From: Candidatus Omnitrophota bacterium
Lineage (GTDB): Bacteria; Omnitrophota; Gorgyraeia; 1-14-0-20-64-10
Reading direction: 5' to 3'
DNA: 59,582 nt
Assembly (NCBI GenBank): GCA_016201735.1
Contig: JACQCH010000014.1
Location: 1 to 59,582 of the forward strand
Below are positions 49,628 to 59,457 of this stretch, piece after piece. Position 1 is the first letter of the stretch. Each line of letters starts with the position of its first letter. A program made the translations under genes and the position numbers. The notes under the pieces are model-generated. The model was not told the origin of the DNA and ran no database searches. It worked only from the letters and a program-made list of their open reading frames with translations.

Positions 49628-49760
49628 CCCGCCCCTCCGTTTCTATGAAAAGCCGTTTGGCTTTTCATAGCGCCGAGCCATGGGTCGGCGCAGGCGCTGT
49701 CGAAATCCATTCTCTTGTCCTGTGCTGTTCGACAGCGCAGGAAACGGAGGGGCGGGGTCA
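49624..49760. mobile_element. MITE-like element, copy 4, variant interior (49627-49757)
   Basis: TCA-CCCCGCCCCTCCGTTTC...GAAACGGAGGGGCGGGG-TCA with three internal hairpins. Confidence 0.78.
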
Positions 49761-50723
49761 TTGAGGAAGATACGTCCCGAAAAAGATCCGGCGGCCCTTC
49801 GCCTCTTTCAAACGCTCGCTGAGAGGAAGCTCTCGGACCAGCTTCCCGGTCCCGGGGCTTTCAATGATGCGGGCCTTATTTTCATAGAGATAAATCATGA
49901 CGTGGCTCACTCGTTGCGGATCCTTCGGATCGTTCAAAAAAATTAGATCTCCGGGCAAGAGCTGCTCCGGTGAGATCGGCCAGGCCTGCATCCAGATCTC
50001 ATGGGCGTCCCGCGGGATGATCATCCCGTTGGCTTGGTAGACTAACCCCGCGAGCCCCGAACAGTCGACGGCGGTGTGAGATGTTCCAGAGCCGGACAGG
50101 TTGGCGGCGGAGCGCCCGCCCCAGTAGTAAGGATCCCCGAGAAACAACCGGGCGGTCTGGACCAACCGGGCCCGCCAGCGGGCCGGATCTTCCTTCCGGA
50201 TTTCGGCCAGTTTTTCAAGCCGAGCGATCTCTTCCCCTGAAATCCAGCCAGTCGTTCCATCGAGCAGCCGCAGATTCCACCCGTTTCCGTCCGGAGTTCC
50301 CGCCAGCCGTGTCCCGATCGACAAGAGGAAGCGGGCAGGGGTGTTTGATCCCGGCTTCTCCAGCACCTTCCCCTGCTTGGCCGTCACAACCAGATTGGGA
50401 TTCCAATTCCCGGGATCCTCGATGAGATTCTCCAGTTCGATCCAGCCGGGATATCCTTCCCACCGCTTATGATGAGTCCATTCCATCTGCTCGACGGCCG
50501 AGACCCGGGCCCAGCCCTCTTTTATTTCCTGAACCTCGACGGGATCTCCGTAAAGGAGTTGGCTCTCTTCCAACGGATCCTGCTCGAGCGTCGGGCCGGC
50601 CCGTCCCGGTTCCCGCCGGAGATCCGCGACAGGAACCGCCACCCGCATCCGCCGCGGAGCCGCTTCGATCGTAGCGCTGGTTGCAGGCAACAACCAAATG
50701 AGGAAGGAGATGGCCAGTCCCAC
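49758..50723 (-). CDS. SH3b + NlpC/P60 peptidase (YkfC-like)
   Basis: SQLLYG, Y.GW, FLG.PY.WGGRS, DCSG, IPRDA, PGDLIF, HV; GTG 50723 follows AAAGGAG (start uncertain). Confidence 0.85.
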   Translation of the reverse strand: MGLAISFLIWLLPATSATIEAAPRRMRVAVPVADLRREPGRAGPTLEQDPLEESQLLYGDPVEVQEIKEGWARVSAVEQMEWTHHKRWEGYPGWIELENLIEDPGNWNPNLVVTAKQGKVLEKPGSNTPARFLLSIGTRLAGTPDGNGWNLRLLDGTTGWISGEEIARLEKLAEIRKEDPARWRARLVQTARLFLGDPYYWGGRSAANLSGSGTSHTAVDCSGLAGLVYQANGMIIPRDAHEIWMQAWPISPEQLLPGDLIFLNDPKDPQRVSHVMIYLYENKARIIESPGTGKLVRELPLSERLKEAKGRRIFFGTYLPQ

Positions 50724-50730
50724 CCCTGCT

Positions 50731-50950
50731 CCTTTCGGGGTCCTGGCGGGGGTGGGCTGTCTCCCGGCATCGGCCTTCACTGGATGAGTTTTCACATTTA
50801 CCATGTCAGAGTTAAGAGAGATGGCCAAACCCAAACAGGACGTTCCATGGAAAGGCGTTCATTTCAGCCTGTGTCTTCCATTCCATCAGGGCTTGAGCCT
50901 CACACGGCGGCCTGCTGGCGGGAGCCAACCCACCCCCGTCACCCCGAAGG
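50731..50950. repeat. Large inverted-repeat-bounded element in the NlpC/P60 leader
   Basis: ctttcggggt..tggcgggggtggg..ctcccg versus cgggag..cccacccccgtca.ccccgaagg. Confidence 0.6.
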
Positions 50951-50971
50951 TCTCTGTCCCGATGCATTTTT

Positions 50972-50983
50972 CCATTATAATGG
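50972..50983. promoter_or_regulatory. Palindromic bidirectional -10 element CCATTATAATGG
   Basis: TATAAT on both strands between divergent peptidoglycan-peptide genes. Confidence 0.6.
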
Positions 50984-50989
50984 TTCGAC

Positions 50990-51781
50990 ATGAGATTCCG
51001 ATGGATTCAATCCGTCTTGATTTCGCTGGCGCTGGCGGCGCCTTGGGCGGCCGATTCCGCGGCCGCGATTTCGCTGGATGGGCTGAGTGAACCGGAGGTT
51101 GCTCTCCTGAAATCCACTCTCAAAAATTTGGACCCCCTCATCACTCAACGCAAAAGGGAGGGAACCGCTCCGGTGATGACCTTCGAGGAGCTTTACGTTC
51201 CCTTGAAGTCGGAGCAGGCCGCTTTTCTCGACGAGATCCGGCGATTGGATCCGGCCGGCTTGGGGGGATCGAGTCGGAAACTACCCGCGCCCACGGGCCA
51301 GGAATCTTTCGTCCGGTTGGATCATCAGACGAACATTAAGGAAGGCAGACCGGTCCGCATGGATTCCCAATATTTGCCGCGGCCGGCCTTCGAGGCCTAC
51401 CAGCGGATGATGGCGGCGATAGAAGCCGATTTAGGGAAGCGGCTCCTCGTCGAGTCCGGCTACCGCTCGCCGGCTTATCAACTGTATCTGTTCCTCTTCT
51501 ACCTGCCCAAACACGGCACCTCAATCCGGGAGACGAACCGGCACGTGGCTCTGCCCGGCTGCAGCGAGCACGGCAGCCCCGCATTCCAAGCGATCGATTT
51601 CATCACCCCCGCCGGAATCAACGGGGAGGACCGCCCCGGGGAGTTCGAGGAACTTCAGGAGTACGGCTGGCTTCAGGCTCGGGCCCGTGAATTCGGCTTC
51701 TATCTTTCTTACCCGAGCGGCGGCCCCTCCGCCTTCGAGCCTTGGCACTGGCATTATGAAGACAATCACCGAGACGGATGA
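50990..51781 (+). CDS. M15B (VanY-like) zinc carboxypeptidase, exported
   Basis: SGYRS, PG.SEH, AIDF, EPWHW.Y; signal peptide. Confidence 0.85.
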   Translation: MRFRWIQSVLISLALAAPWAADSAAAISLDGLSEPEVALLKSTLKNLDPLITQRKREGTAPVMTFEELYVPLKSEQAAFLDEIRRLDPAGLGGSSRKLPAPTGQESFVRLDHQTNIKEGRPVRMDSQYLPRPAFEAYQRMMAAIEADLGKRLLVESGYRSPAYQLYLFLFYLPKHGTSIRETNRHVALPGCSEHGSPAFQAIDFITPAGINGEDRPGEFEELQEYGWLQARAREFGFYLSYPSGGPSAFEPWHWHYEDNHRDG

Positions 51782-53126
51782 GCCGGAGGAAATAGGCTGC
51801 GGCGGGCCGCCGCTTTCACTGAGGCGTTCGCTGGGGCTCGTCGACGCGACGGCGCTGGTGATTGGCTGCGTCATCGGGGCTGGGATCTTCCGGGCCGCCG
51901 CCTCGGTGGCGGCGCAGCTCCACACGCCGGGGTTGGTGATGGCGGTCTGGGCCGTCGGCGGGATCCTCTCCTTCTGCGGGGCCCTCTGTTACGCGGAGTT
52001 GGGGGCAGCCTATCCCAAGGCCGGCGGCGACTACGTTTACTTGACCCGGGCCTACGGCCCGGCGGTCGGTTTCCTTTTCGGATGGACCAAGGTGTTCACC
52101 GAGCGGATCGGGACCATCGCGATCTTAGGATTTGTTTTCGCGGAGTACGCCGGCTCCCTCGCTGCCCTGAATCCGGCCCAGACGAAATGGTTTGCCGCGC
52201 TGGCGATCCTTCTATTGACGGGAGCCAACGTGATCGGGATCCAGGTGGGGAAGGAAGTCCAGAATCTTCTCACAGGGATTAAGCTGTTCGCCCTCTTGGG
52301 GATCATTGCCGTCGGGTTGTTGAGCGGAAAGGCCCAGCCGGTCATTCTCTCTTTGGGGACCGATCCGATCGATGGGGGAGTCCTCCGGGCGTTTGGAGTG
52401 GCGCTGGTTTTCGTTCTCTGGACTTATGGGGGTTGGGCGGAATCGACTTATGTCGCGGAAGAGGTTCGGCGGCCGGAGCGAACCTTGCCTTGGTCGATCT
52501 TTCTGGGACTGGGAGTCGTCACGCTGCTTTACCTGGTGGTCAACTGGGTCTACATGGCGTATATTCCTTTGAATCAGATGCCGGGCCGGCCGCTCGTCGC
52601 GGCGGAGGTGATGCGGTCTATCCTCGGTCCGGTCGGGGCCAAGGTGACCGCCGGGATGGTCGCCGCTTCCGCTTTCGGGGCCTTAAACGGTTTTATCCTG
52701 ACCAGCAGCCGGATCCTTCTTGCGGTAGGCCGGGACCATCCGATTTTTGGCCGGCTCTCCAAGGTCAGCCCAAGATTCGCGACACCGGTTTATTCCTTGA
52801 TCTTCAATGCCGTCGGGGCCCTGGTTCTGGTCTGGGCGGGGACGTTCGATCAGATCGTGACCTACTCGACGGTGGCGATCTCGGTTTTCTCCGGGATGGC
52901 GGCCTTGGGCGTGATTCTTCTGCGGATCAAGGAGCCGCTGGCTCCGCGCCCCTACCGGGTGTGGGGCTATCCCTTGACCCCGCTGATCTTCGTGCTGGGT
53001 TTGTTTCTGTTCATTGGGGACGTCGCCCTCATGCAGCCGAAGGAAACCCTCTTTGGGTTCGGCCTGATGCTGTTGGGTCTGCCCCTCTACGCCGGGTCCC
53101 GCCGGCTCCAAAAGTCACAGGGGTAA
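51756..53126 (+). CDS. APC-family amino acid permease
   Basis: IGAGIF, YAELG...P..GG.Y.YL, YGGW, EEV..P.R.LP, RPYRVWGYP. Confidence 0.9.
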   Translation: MKTITETDEPEEIGCGGPPLSLRRSLGLVDATALVIGCVIGAGIFRAAASVAAQLHTPGLVMAVWAVGGILSFCGALCYAELGAAYPKAGGDYVYLTRAYGPAVGFLFGWTKVFTERIGTIAILGFVFAEYAGSLAALNPAQTKWFAALAILLLTGANVIGIQVGKEVQNLLTGIKLFALLGIIAVGLLSGKAQPVILSLGTDPIDGGVLRAFGVALVFVLWTYGGWAESTYVAEEVRRPERTLPWSIFLGLGVVTLLYLVVNWVYMAYIPLNQMPGRPLVAAEVMRSILGPVGAKVTAGMVAASAFGALNGFILTSSRILLAVGRDHPIFGRLSKVSPRFATPVYSLIFNAVGALVLVWAGTFDQIVTYSTVAISVFSGMAALGVILLRIKEPLAPRPYRVWGYPLTPLIFVLGLFLFIGDVALMQPKETLFGFGLMLLGLPLYAGSRRLQKSQG

Positions 53127-53190
53127 ACGTTGACGGCCCTTTTACTCTGCGGGGGCTGATAAATCCCGCCTATTAAGGTAAAATCAATTC

Positions 53191-53517
53191 ATGGGAAATC
53201 CGAATAAGCCGCCGCGGGCGAGGGATCCGAGAATCGCCGCGGTGGTCAACCAGAACGGATGCACCGGCTGCGAGGCGTGTCTGACCGTCTGCCCGGTGGA
53301 TTCGATCGAGCCGGTTCCGGGGACGGATCGGCCCGGGCTGTTTAAGCTCGTCGAGATCGACCTGGACCGGTGCATCGGCTGCGGGCTCTGCCCGAAGATC
53401 TGCCCCTGGGACACAATCACGATGGAGCCATACCCACAGGCGAAGGAAATGGCTCCCCAGGTGACGATTCGATCGGTCGTGCCCGGCCATCAGGCCGGCG
53501 TCACTTCCCCCGCGTGA
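53191..53517 (+). CDS. 2x[4Fe-4S] ferredoxin
   Basis: CTGCEACLTVCP and CIGCGLCPKICP. Confidence 0.9.
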   Translation: MGNPNKPPRARDPRIAAVVNQNGCTGCEACLTVCPVDSIEPVPGTDRPGLFKLVEIDLDRCIGCGLCPKICPWDTITMEPYPQAKEMAPQVTIRSVVPGHQAGVTSPA

Positions 53518-53525
53518 ACGAACCG

Positions 53526-53999
53526 ATGGCAGCCACCTACCTTACCAAAGCCGGTCTCGCCAAATTAGAGGAAGAACTCAAAGAGTTGAAATCTCAGAAG
53601 CATAAACTCTCCAAGGATGTGGGCACCGCACGGGAATGGGGGGATCTTCGGGAGAACGCCGAGTATCACGCGGCGAAGGAACGGCTCCAGCAGGTTCTTT
53701 CCCGGATCAGCGACTTAGAGTTCAAACTTTCCAACGTCAATGTCGTGGATCCGACCCAGCATGAAAAGGGGGTCGCCACGTTAGGCACTCAAGTGACTGT
53801 GAAAGACCTCACTCGGGACCGAGAAGAAAAATATATTCTGGTCGGCCCCGATGAAACCGATCCGGCCGCCGGGAAAATTTCCATCCAGTCTCCGTTGGGC
53901 AAGGCCTTCTTGGGCCGCAAGATTAAGGAAAAGGTCACCGTCCTCCTTCCTGCCGGCCCTCGTCCCTATCTGATTATCTCGGTGGAACTGTCCGAATAA
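53526..53999 (+). CDS. greA: Transcription elongation factor GreA
   Basis: GDLRENAEYHAAKE, ISIQSPLGKA. Confidence 0.94.
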   Translation: MAATYLTKAGLAKLEEELKELKSQKHKLSKDVGTAREWGDLRENAEYHAAKERLQQVLSRISDLEFKLSNVNVVDPTQHEKGVATLGTQVTVKDLTRDREEKYILVGPDETDPAAGKISIQSPLGKAFLGRKIKEKVTVLLPAGPRPYLIISVELSE

Positions 54000-54010
54000 T
54001 TCCCTCCGAA

Positions 54011-55207
54011 GTGACCCCCGACCAGAAACGGATTTACGCGGCGGCGTTCCTGCGGGCCGTCGGGGTGGGAATATTGGGAGTGTTGTTCGCCCTGTATCTG
54101 TCGCTGGGCGGACTGCATGCGGGCCAAATCGGAGTTTTGGTCGCGGTCGGCATCGGCGGGGCGGCCAGCGGCACCTTTCTGATCAGCTTCTGGGCGGACC
54201 GGCTCGGCCGCCGGAGGACATTGATCCTTCTGTCAGCGCTGATGGCTATCGGCGGCATTGGGCTGGTGCTAGCCCCGGGATTTCCGGCGCTTGCCCTCTT
54301 TTGTTTCCTGGGGATGGTCAACGCGATGGGACGAGAACGGGGGGCCCTCTTTACCCTGGAGCAGACGATCCTGCCGGAGACGACCGATCCCCGTCACCGG
54401 ACTCAGGCGCTGGCCTGGTACAACGTGGTTCTGGACGTCGGCCAGGCCGTCGGCTCCTTACTTGGCGGGCTGCCGTTTTTATTGCGTCAGCAATTCTTGA
54501 TGGGGGAACTTGCTTCCTACCGGTGGACGCTTTGCCTGTACGTCGTTTTCGCCTGCGTCAGTTTCCTCCTCTATGCCGGGTTGACTCCACAGGTGGAAAT
54601 CCATGGGCCGACCCTGTGGCATAAAATTACCCCCGCCTCCCGCCGGATCATCACGCGGCTCAGTCTCCTTTTCGGATTCGACAGCATTGCCGGCGGTTTT
54701 CTCCCGGGCTCTCTCATCGCCTACTGGTTCTTCAAGCGGTTCGGTGTGGGGGAAGGGCTGCTGGGCCCGCTGTTTTTCATCGCGCACATCGCGAATGCCA
54801 TTTCCTATTTGATGGCGGCCCGGCTCTCCCGGCGGATCGGTCTGGTCCGGACGATGGTCTTCACCCACATGCCGGCCAACCTGTGCCTGATCGCGATCCC
54901 GTTTGCCCCGAGTCTCACGGCGGCGGCGGCCCTGTATCTGGTTCGGGAATGTCTTGTCGAGATGGACGTTCCGACCCGGCAGTCGTACGTGATGGCGATG
55001 GTGGAGCCGAGTGAAAGGACCCTGGCCGCCGGGGCGACGAACTTGACGCGCCTAGTCGCCTGGACCATCGCCCCCGGATTCGCCGGGCTGGCGATGTCAA
55101 GTTTGAACTTAAGCTTCCCCCTTTTCTTGGGCGGTGGGATGAAGCTCCTTTATGACATCACCCTGTATCGTTCCTTCCGCCACCTGCGTCCTCCCGAAGA
55201 GCGATAG
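54011..55207 (+). CDS. MFS transporter
   Basis: ADRLGRRRTL, L..RIGL.RTMVFTH.P, MDVPTRQSY. Confidence 0.9.
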   Translation: MTPDQKRIYAAAFLRAVGVGILGVLFALYLSLGGLHAGQIGVLVAVGIGGAASGTFLISFWADRLGRRRTLILLSALMAIGGIGLVLAPGFPALALFCFLGMVNAMGRERGALFTLEQTILPETTDPRHRTQALAWYNVVLDVGQAVGSLLGGLPFLLRQQFLMGELASYRWTLCLYVVFACVSFLLYAGLTPQVEIHGPTLWHKITPASRRIITRLSLLFGFDSIAGGFLPGSLIAYWFFKRFGVGEGLLGPLFFIAHIANAISYLMAARLSRRIGLVRTMVFTHMPANLCLIAIPFAPSLTAAAALYLVRECLVEMDVPTRQSYVMAMVEPSERTLAAGATNLTRLVAWTIAPGFAGLAMSSLNLSFPLFLGGGMKLLYDITLYRSFRHLRPPEER

Positions 55208-55212
55208 TCTCC

Positions 55213-55584
55213 TTGCTGACGGTGATCGTGGATGGGGACAATGTGCTCCGGGGGCTGCGGATCGTTCAGGGGACGAACCTCGCGAAGGCGGAACAGTTCC
55301 TTCAGCGATTGGAACTGGCCGCTGCGGCGAAGGATTGGGAGGTGATCGTGATCTTTGACGGGCCGGAGCGGTTCCTCCCGAGGGAGAGCGGCCCTTTGGT
55401 GGTTCGATACGCGCGGGGGAAAACCGCGGATACCCTGATCGAACGAACCGTCTATCAGGCGCCCGACCGGACGCAGGTGGTCGTGGTAACCGAGGACCGG
55501 GCCGAGGCGAATCTGGTTCTGGGGCTGGGCGCCCGGGTCTGGACGTCCCAGCGTTTCTTGGAGGAAATGAGTGACAAGATCTGA
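55213..55584 (+). CDS. NYN/PIN (YacP-like) ribonuclease domain protein
   Basis: IVDG.N, IFDG, TAD..I, VVT.D. Confidence 0.8.
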   Translation: MLTVIVDGDNVLRGLRIVQGTNLAKAEQFLQRLELAAAAKDWEVIVIFDGPERFLPRESGPLVVRYARGKTADTLIERTVYQAPDRTQVVVVTEDRAEANLVLGLGARVWTSQRFLEEMSDKI

Positions 55585-55619
55585 ATTCGTGAAAAAGGAT
55601 CGGCTTGGCATACAGCCAT

Positions 55620-55669
55620 AAAAAGTAATACTTTTTTATGTTGACTTACTTCTATATTAAAGGTATACT
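55620..55669 (+). promoter_or_regulatory. Promoter TTGACT-N17-TATACT with upstream palindrome AAAAAGTA-A-TACTTTTT
   Basis: -35 at 55641-55646, -10 at 55664-55669. Confidence 0.7.
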
Positions 55670-55690
55670 CTATTTTGGAGGTGATACAGT

Positions 55691-55936
55691 ATGGTTGAAA
55701 CGTCTGTGGTGACCACGAAAGGGCAGGTGGTTATTCCGCGCAAAATCAGGGCGAGGTTTCACATCAAGAAGGGAACTCGCATCTGCTTTGAGCTGGGCGG
55801 CGGGGAGATCATCCTCAAGCCCCTGACCTCGGAATATTTCGAGAAGATCGCCGGCATCCTCGGGGTCGGAGGTAGAGCGACGAAGGCTCTTCTGGAGGAA
55901 CGGGCTAAGGAGCGCCAGCAGGAAGATCAGGCATGA
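55691..55936 (+). CDS. vapB: AbrB/MazE/SpoVT-type antitoxin
   Basis: TTKGQVVIP..IR....I..G; GGAGGT RBS. Confidence 0.85.
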   Translation: MVETSVVTTKGQVVIPRKIRARFHIKKGTRICFELGGGEIILKPLTSEYFEKIAGILGVGGRATKALLEERAKERQQEDQA

Positions 55937-56331
55937 CGCATGTCCTCGATGCTTATGCCCTGACGGCTTATTTTGAGAAAGAGTCAGGGTATGCGAAGGT
56001 GCAAGAGCTCCTGACGGAGGCCGCTTCCAGCGGGCACCCGCTGCTTTTATCCGCGGTCAACTGGGGAGAGGTTTTCTATGTCACCTACCGCGAGCACGGC
56101 AAGGCGTCCGCCGACCAGATTGCGCGTCTCATGGATGAGTTTCCCATCGAAGTCATTCCCGTAGATGTCCCCATCGCCCACCAGGCCGCCATCTACAAAG
56201 CTACCCACAAGATGTCTTATGCCGATTGCCTAGCCGCCGCCCTGGCCAGGCTTCGGAAGGCGACGCTTGTGACGGGTGATAAGGATTTCAAAGTTCTTGA
56301 GAACGAGATTAAGGTCCAGTGGTTGCACTGA
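55933..56331 (+). CDS. vapC: PIN-domain toxin
   Basis: VLDA, N..E, SYAD, LVTGD.DF; ATGA-coupled. Confidence 0.88.
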   Translation: MTHVLDAYALTAYFEKESGYAKVQELLTEAASSGHPLLLSAVNWGEVFYVTYREHGKASADQIARLMDEFPIEVIPVDVPIAHQAAIYKATHKMSYADCLAAALARLRKATLVTGDKDFKVLENEIKVQWLH

Positions 56332-56440
56332 ATTTGGATGCCAAGGACGCATTGAGATATAAGCGACCTAGATAATGAAAGATAGAGATAAAGTTGAGCA
56401 ATAAAGGGGGACATCGTCATTCGTTGGCTAACGGTGTCTG

Positions 56441-57097
56441 ATGCCTGAATCCAAAGCGATCAAACAACTGGAAGATCGGATGGCGGGTCTCGAGCCCGGG
56501 ACGCTCCGGCGGGAGACCTTGGAAGCGGCCAAGCGGTTCAAAAGTTCCTGGATCGAGTTGGGGAGGATGCTCTGGACCATTTGGAAGGAGAAACGATTCC
56601 GGGAATGGGGGTATCTGACCTTTGACGCCTACTGCGCCAAGGAGGTTGGGATCCGGCCCGCGACCGCGAAGAAATTGCTTCACTCCTACTATTTCCTCGA
56701 GAAAGAGGAGCCGACCCTGCTTAGAAAATTGACCGAGGAAACAGCTCCTGCGAACCTGCCCAATCCTGATTCGGTCAATCTTCTGCGTCTGCTGGAGAAG
56801 AAACAGGAAGTTTCGCCCGAAGGGTACCAGCGGGTCCGCTCCTATGTGTTGGAGAAAGGGAAGGAGGCACCCGAGGTACGCCGGGAGGTCCGTGCCCTCT
56901 TGGATGCGGCGCAGCCGGATCCAGCCGCGGCCCGGGCGGCCCGCCGGCAGGCATTGATCCGGCGGATGATCGGGACCTTGAAGGGGCTGAAGATGGAGCT
57001 GGCCTCTTCTAATATGCTTCCCAAGAAACTTCTTGCCGAAGTTGAAGCGATCGCCCGGAAATTGGAAGAAAGTATAGAGGAAGAGGCCTCTCCATGA
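56441..57097 (+). CDS. Hypothetical helical protein
   Basis: Clean 218-aa ORF, ATGA-coupled to the thiolase; RFKSSW.ELG..L, WGY..F..YC..E. Confidence 0.7.
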   Translation: MPESKAIKQLEDRMAGLEPGTLRRETLEAAKRFKSSWIELGRMLWTIWKEKRFREWGYLTFDAYCAKEVGIRPATAKKLLHSYYFLEKEEPTLLRKLTEETAPANLPNPDSVNLLRLLEKKQEVSPEGYQRVRSYVLEKGKEAPEVRREVRALLDAAQPDPAAARAARRQALIRRMIGTLKGLKMELASSNMLPKKLLAEVEAIARKLEESIEEEASP

Positions 57098-58350
57098 GAG
57101 GGATCGGGTTAAGGCGGGGATTCCGGACCCCCTTCGTCAAGATGGGAAGGGAATATGCCCGCTTGAACGCGGTGGATCTTTCCGTCCGGTTGATCGATGC
57201 AATGCTGGCGAAGCCGGATCTGCCGGCGGAGAAAATCCAGCACGTGATCTGGGGCATGGTGGTCCCGGATCCGAACATCTATTCCATCGCCCGGGAAGCG
57301 GTTCTCGCTTCCCGCCTGGACAACCGGGTCGAGGCCTACAGCATCTCCCGGGCCTGCGCCACCTCCCTTCAGGCGGCGGCCAACGCCGTCAGCTACTACA
57401 ACGCTTTTCCGGAGGAGCCGTCTGTTTCGCTCGTCGGAGGGGTCGAGTCCTTCTCCGCGGCCCGCCCGGTGCTGACGGATCATGCCTCTCTCCTTTTTAA
57501 GACTTGGGCAAGCAAGGTCTCTTTTCTTGAGAAACTGCGGGTCTTGTTTAAAACTCCTCCAGGAGTTCTTTGGCCTGTTCCTCCCTCGGCGAAAGAGTAC
57601 TCGACCGGTCTGACGATGGGGGAGCATTGTGAACTGATGGTCAAGGCCTTCAAGATCCCGCGCGAGCGCCAGGATCGGTTCGCGCTCATCTCGCACCAGC
57701 GGGCGGCCTCCGCCAGGGGAAAGATCGCTCCGCAGTTGGTCGCCGTCGAAGGGGTCACCCGCGACACCCTGATTCGGCAGGACACCTCGATGGAGGCGCT
57801 GAAGAATCTCGCTCCGGCGTTTGATCGGACCGCCGCCGGCACGATCACCGCCGGAAACGCCAGCCCCTTTACCGACGGAGCGGCTGCCCTCTACGTGATC
57901 TCCCCCGCGTTGGAACCGGCGGTGGCGCCGGACGCGTTCCTGATCGATTTTGAATTTGTCGCCGTCGAGCCGATGGATGGGCTTCTCATGGGCCCGGGCA
58001 AGGCGATGCTGCGGATCTTAGAGAGGCAGCGGCTTCGCTGGCGCGACCTGGATTACATCGAGGTGCACGAGGCCTTCGCCGGCCAGGTCCTCTGCAATGT
58101 GGATGCCGTCAATAACCCCGCCTACCGGGAGAAAACTTACGGGATCTCTTACGATCCGGGGCCGCTGGATGAGGGTGTTCTAAATCCGTGGGGTTCCTCG
58201 ATCGCCTACGGGCATCCCTTCGGGGCGACGGGAGCCAGGATGTTGAACCAGGCGATCGCCTATCTTCAAGAAACAAAAACGAAACGGGCCCTCCTCGGAA
58301 TCTGCACCGCCGGCGGGCTTGCCGGATCGGCCCTCCTTGAGCGCCGGTAA
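57094..58350 (+). CDS. Acetyl-CoA C-acyltransferase (FadI-like thiolase)
   Basis: RTPF, ACATS, TAGNASP.TDGA, HEAFA, GHPFGATG, CTAGG. Confidence 0.88.
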   Translation: MRGIGLRRGFRTPFVKMGREYARLNAVDLSVRLIDAMLAKPDLPAEKIQHVIWGMVVPDPNIYSIAREAVLASRLDNRVEAYSISRACATSLQAAANAVSYYNAFPEEPSVSLVGGVESFSAARPVLTDHASLLFKTWASKVSFLEKLRVLFKTPPGVLWPVPPSAKEYSTGLTMGEHCELMVKAFKIPRERQDRFALISHQRAASARGKIAPQLVAVEGVTRDTLIRQDTSMEALKNLAPAFDRTAAGTITAGNASPFTDGAAALYVISPALEPAVAPDAFLIDFEFVAVEPMDGLLMGPGKAMLRILERQRLRWRDLDYIEVHEAFAGQVLCNVDAVNNPAYREKTYGISYDPGPLDEGVLNPWGSSIAYGHPFGATGARMLNQAIAYLQETKTKRALLGICTAGGLAGSALLERR

Positions 58351-58365
58351 AGAAAGAGTGTCCCG

Positions 58366-58737
58366 ATGAGAAAGTGGCTTTTTCTCTGGGCGCCGGTCGC
58401 GGCCTACATCGCTTTTATCTTCTGGCTTTCCTCCGCGCCCCGCCCGATTCCAGGGATCCGGCAATTTCCGTGGTTGGATAAGCCGCTTCATACATTGGAG
58501 TACGCCCCGCTGGGGGCTTTGCTTAGTCGGGCGCTGCGCCACTCCTTGCCGTCGAAGGGATGGCGGATCGTTCAGGCGCTGGCCTTGATCGGAGCGGTTT
58601 TCGTCGGGTCAGCGGATGAGTTTTATCAGAGGTTCGTGCCGCTGAGATTCTCGTCCATTTGGGACACTGTCGCCGACTGCGCGGGGGCTCTCTTCGGGCA
58701 AGCGTTCTATCAGCGCAGATCGCAAAGGACCCCGTAA
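58366..58737 (+). CDS. VanZ-like membrane protein
   Basis: IF.LSS, DK..H..EY, DE.YQ.FVP.R, D..AD..G. Confidence 0.85.
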   Translation: MRKWLFLWAPVAAYIAFIFWLSSAPRPIPGIRQFPWLDKPLHTLEYAPLGALLSRALRHSLPSKGWRIVQALALIGAVFVGSADEFYQRFVPLRFSSIWDTVADCAGALFGQAFYQRRSQRTP

Positions 58738-59435
58738 TGGTCGGAAGGATGAAGTCCCCCCGCTCCGGGAGTCCGGCAGGCGACTTCGCACCGGCTGAAG
58801 CCAAACCGCTCGGCCCCCTTCTTCCGGAGAAACAGATAGTCGATCCGCCGGTCCGGGAATTTCTCCGAATGGGATTGGATGAACGGGTTCCGGTTGTCCC
58901 AAGTGATCCCCGGCTCGTCGGGGTGGGCCGTGGCGAACAGATCCAGGAAACCGGCTTCCTGGATTTTCCGAATCGAAGGAGCCTCCGGCGCGGCGTTGAA
59001 ATCTCCGCTTAACAGGACATCCTCTCCCAGTGCGGTGACGAGCCCAAGCAGTTCCTGCACTTGGGCCCCGCGCGCGGCCTCGTCCTGAGCCATCCAGGCC
59101 AGGTGAGTGGTGACTGCCCAGAGGGGCTTGGTTCCAAGATCCAAATGGACCATCAGGGCTTGGCGAGGGTAAGTTTCGAAGGGGGATTGGGTCTGATAGG
59201 TGACGACCCGATGGGCGGCCGCAGGGAACCGGGCCAAGACCGCCAGCCCCGATTCCGGCGTGTGCAGGCGGGTCGGGTAAGAGAAGGAATCGAGAAGTTT
59301 CTCGTCGGCGACCTCCTGGAGGCAGAGCAGGTCCGGATTCAGAGTTCGGATCGCCTCGACGAGAACAGGCCGCCGGGCGGGCGGCCCGTAGGTTCCCCAT
59401 GTATTGAAGGTAACGATTCTCACGGAGAGAATCAT
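58710..59435 (-). CDS. Endonuclease/exonuclease/phosphatase family protein
   Basis: TFN, LQEV, THL, GDFN, RIDY, SDH. Confidence 0.88.
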   Translation of the reverse strand: MILSVRIVTFNTWGTYGPPARRPVLVEAIRTLNPDLLCLQEVADEKLLDSFSYPTRLHTPESGLAVLARFPAAAHRVVTYQTQSPFETYPRQALMVHLDLGTKPLWAVTTHLAWMAQDEAARGAQVQELLGLVTALGEDVLLSGDFNAAPEAPSIRKIQEAGFLDLFATAHPDEPGITWDNRNPFIQSHSEKFPDRRIDYLFLRKKGAERFGFSRCEVACRTPGAGGLHPSDHYGVLCDLR

Positions 59436-59457
59436 ATCATGACACGACTCATGCAAA

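Noticed and set aside
50812-50967. Leaderless minus-strand ORF from ATG 50967 as the NlpC/P60 start
   Set aside because: Out of frame with the peptidase and stops within the repeat element; function unsupported.
55691-56331. vapBC as a novel system
   Set aside because: Ordinary AbrB-PIN type II toxin-antitoxin pair.
56332-56440. Purine-rich stretch with four AGATA motifs
   Set aside because: Irregular spacing and short length; indistinguishable from ordinary AT-rich promoter DNA.
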